The translations under genes were made by a program, and so were the position numbers. From the human T2T-CHM13v2.0 reference genome, Homo sapiens: a stretch of 64,000 nucleotides of DNA. The stretch lies in the NCBI RefSeq assembly GCF_009914755.1, contig NC_060928.1; one strand, 5' to 3'. Positions 60,502 through 64,000 of this stretch are shown piece after piece (within the stretch, counting starts at the first letter, position 1; each line of letters begins with the position of its first letter). Under the pieces are notes generated by a model. It searched no databases. It was not told where the DNA came from and worked only from the letters and a program-made list of their open reading frames with translations.

Positions 60502-61335
60502 TGTGTTGGGGGCCCACAAGACCACTCCAGGTTTAATGATTCACTAGGAGGACTCACAGGACTCTGTGTGGTTGTGGTTTATTTATTACAGTGCAATTAC
60601 ATAAGGCAAAATCTGCAAAGGGAAAAGGCACACAGGGCAAAATCAGGAAGAAACAAGGCACAAGCTTTCAACAGTCCTTTCTCAGGCAGTCCCACAGGAC
60701 ACACTTAATCCCTCCAGCAACCAGTTGTAACCATGTATTAGTCCATTTTCATGCTGCTGATAAAGACACACCTGAGACTGGGTAATTTACAAGGAAAAAG
60801 AGGCGAACCCACAGTTTCACGTAGCTGGGGAGGCCTCACAATCACGACGAAGGCAAAAGACACATCTTACATGGTGGCAGACAAGAGAGATTGAGAACCA
60901 AGTGAAACGGGTTTCCCCTTATAAAGCCATCAGATCTCATGAGACTTATTCACTACTATGAGAACAGTATGGGGGAAACTGCCCCCATGATTTTCACCAG
61001 GTCCCTTTCACAACATGTGGGAATTATGGGAGCTACAATTCAAGATGAGATTTGGGTGGGGACACAGCCAAACCACATCAAATCACATGTGTGAACTGTT
61101 GTCTGTCAGGAAAGGGTTTAGTGGCACAGTGCCTGAGGTTCTTATCATGGGCTAGTCATGTAGGCACTCCTTGCCTACCACATTTTTGGTAGAAGTAGTT
61201 TAAACACAGGGTGGTGATAGGGTGGTGGGAACCCTCCCCAAATTCTAATTCCCAAATGCCAGCTAAAGACCAATTTTGCAAACAGGTCTTTCTAAGGATA
61301 GCAGTCAGACTTGCTATTTCATTCTTCTCTGCACA
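60502..61335 (-). mobile_element. MER68/MER77/MER21-group LTR
   Basis: Minus strand begins tgtgcaga...ctgctatccttagaaag; tgattcactaggaggactcacaggactc. Confidence 0.7.
60734..61080 (-). mobile_element. THE1 solo LTR
   Basis: tgtattagtccattttcatgctgctgataaagac...; flanks aacca/aatca. Confidence 0.9.
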
Positions 61336-61756
61336 GGGCCCAGAGTCTCTGGCCTCCATCCTGACTGAGATCCCAGTTGGCAGCAGATAACAATGTGCTA
61401 TCTGTGAGATGGAGCCACCTCTGAGTCAGACTCTCCATCCTTGGTCAAGCCTTGCTTCCTGACGCCACATGGAGCAGGGACAAGCTTTGCTCACTGAGCC
61501 CTGCCCAAATTATAGAATTGTGAGCAGAGTAAATGATAGTGATGATTTTAGGCTAAGTTTGGGGTTGTTTGCTATGCAGCAATAGATAGGGGGTTGTTTT
61601 CCAGATTCTAATCCTCTATGGATACTCTTCTAAAATTGATCATGATGGGAAGCTGGGATCAAGACAGTGCCTTTTATAAAGCCTATTTTTTCATTTTTCA
61701 AAGTAAAGGTGTGTCCCCGCCTCTCCTGACTCCTGCCAGGCTTCCTCGTCCTAGAT

Positions 61757-62559
<803 letters not shown>

Positions 62560-62639
62560 TCCTATATAGTTAAAAAGACAGAAAACAACAACAACAACAA
62601 AAACCCCAAACCAGCAAACAAATAAAGCAAAACCTCCAG

Positions 62640-63850
<1,211 letters not shown>

Positions 63851-63855
63851 ACAAG

Positions 63856-64000
63856 CATTTCTCAAAGTGTGGTCCCTGAGCCAGCAGCCTTGACATCACT
63901 TGGGAACTTTATAGAAATCCAGATTCTCAGGCCCTACCCAGACCCACTGAATCAGAAACTCTGAGAACTGGTGGGCTTTAACAAGTCCTCCAGGTGATTC
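63856..64000. mobile_element. MER5A, cut by window edge
   Basis: tttctcaaagtgtggtcc...agattctcaggccctacccagacc..ctgaatcagaaactctg. Confidence 0.85.

Larger units (their letters stand above)
60215..61590 (+). mobile_element. MLT1 LTR hosting nested LTRs
   Basis: 5' half 60215-60500, 3' half 61336-61590 (gctatgcagcaatagata). Confidence 0.7.

Overview
Primate, almost certainly human, genomic DNA. It holds the 5' half of SETD7 (SET7/9 lysine monomethyltransferase) on the minus strand: coding exons 1-4 at 27705-27744, 18527-18656, 4783-4984 and 652-841 splice through GT-AG junctions into one open frame of 187 codons plus 1 nt (N-terminal MORN-repeat region; the SET domain lies beyond the left edge). 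A CpG-island promoter covers about 26.85-29.1 kb. The remaining ~35 kb upstream has no recognisable coding gene and is dense with Alu, MIR, L1, L2, MaLR/ERV LTRs and hAT/Tigger remnants. I see no new multi-gene system. The most unusual structure is at 61875-62479: an AluY, ~260 bp of non-Alu sequence and a second A-tract, all enclosed by one perfect 16-bp duplication inside a MER58B element, i.e. a candidate Alu-associated 3' transduction. Other leads are an intronic poly(A) route to a SET-less 135-aa SETD7, a phase-symmetric exon 2-4 block flanked by inverted Alus, a possible divergent promoter, twin overlapping hairpins beside a G4 motif, and deeply nested transposons. Repeat subfamily names and boundaries are by eye and approximate.
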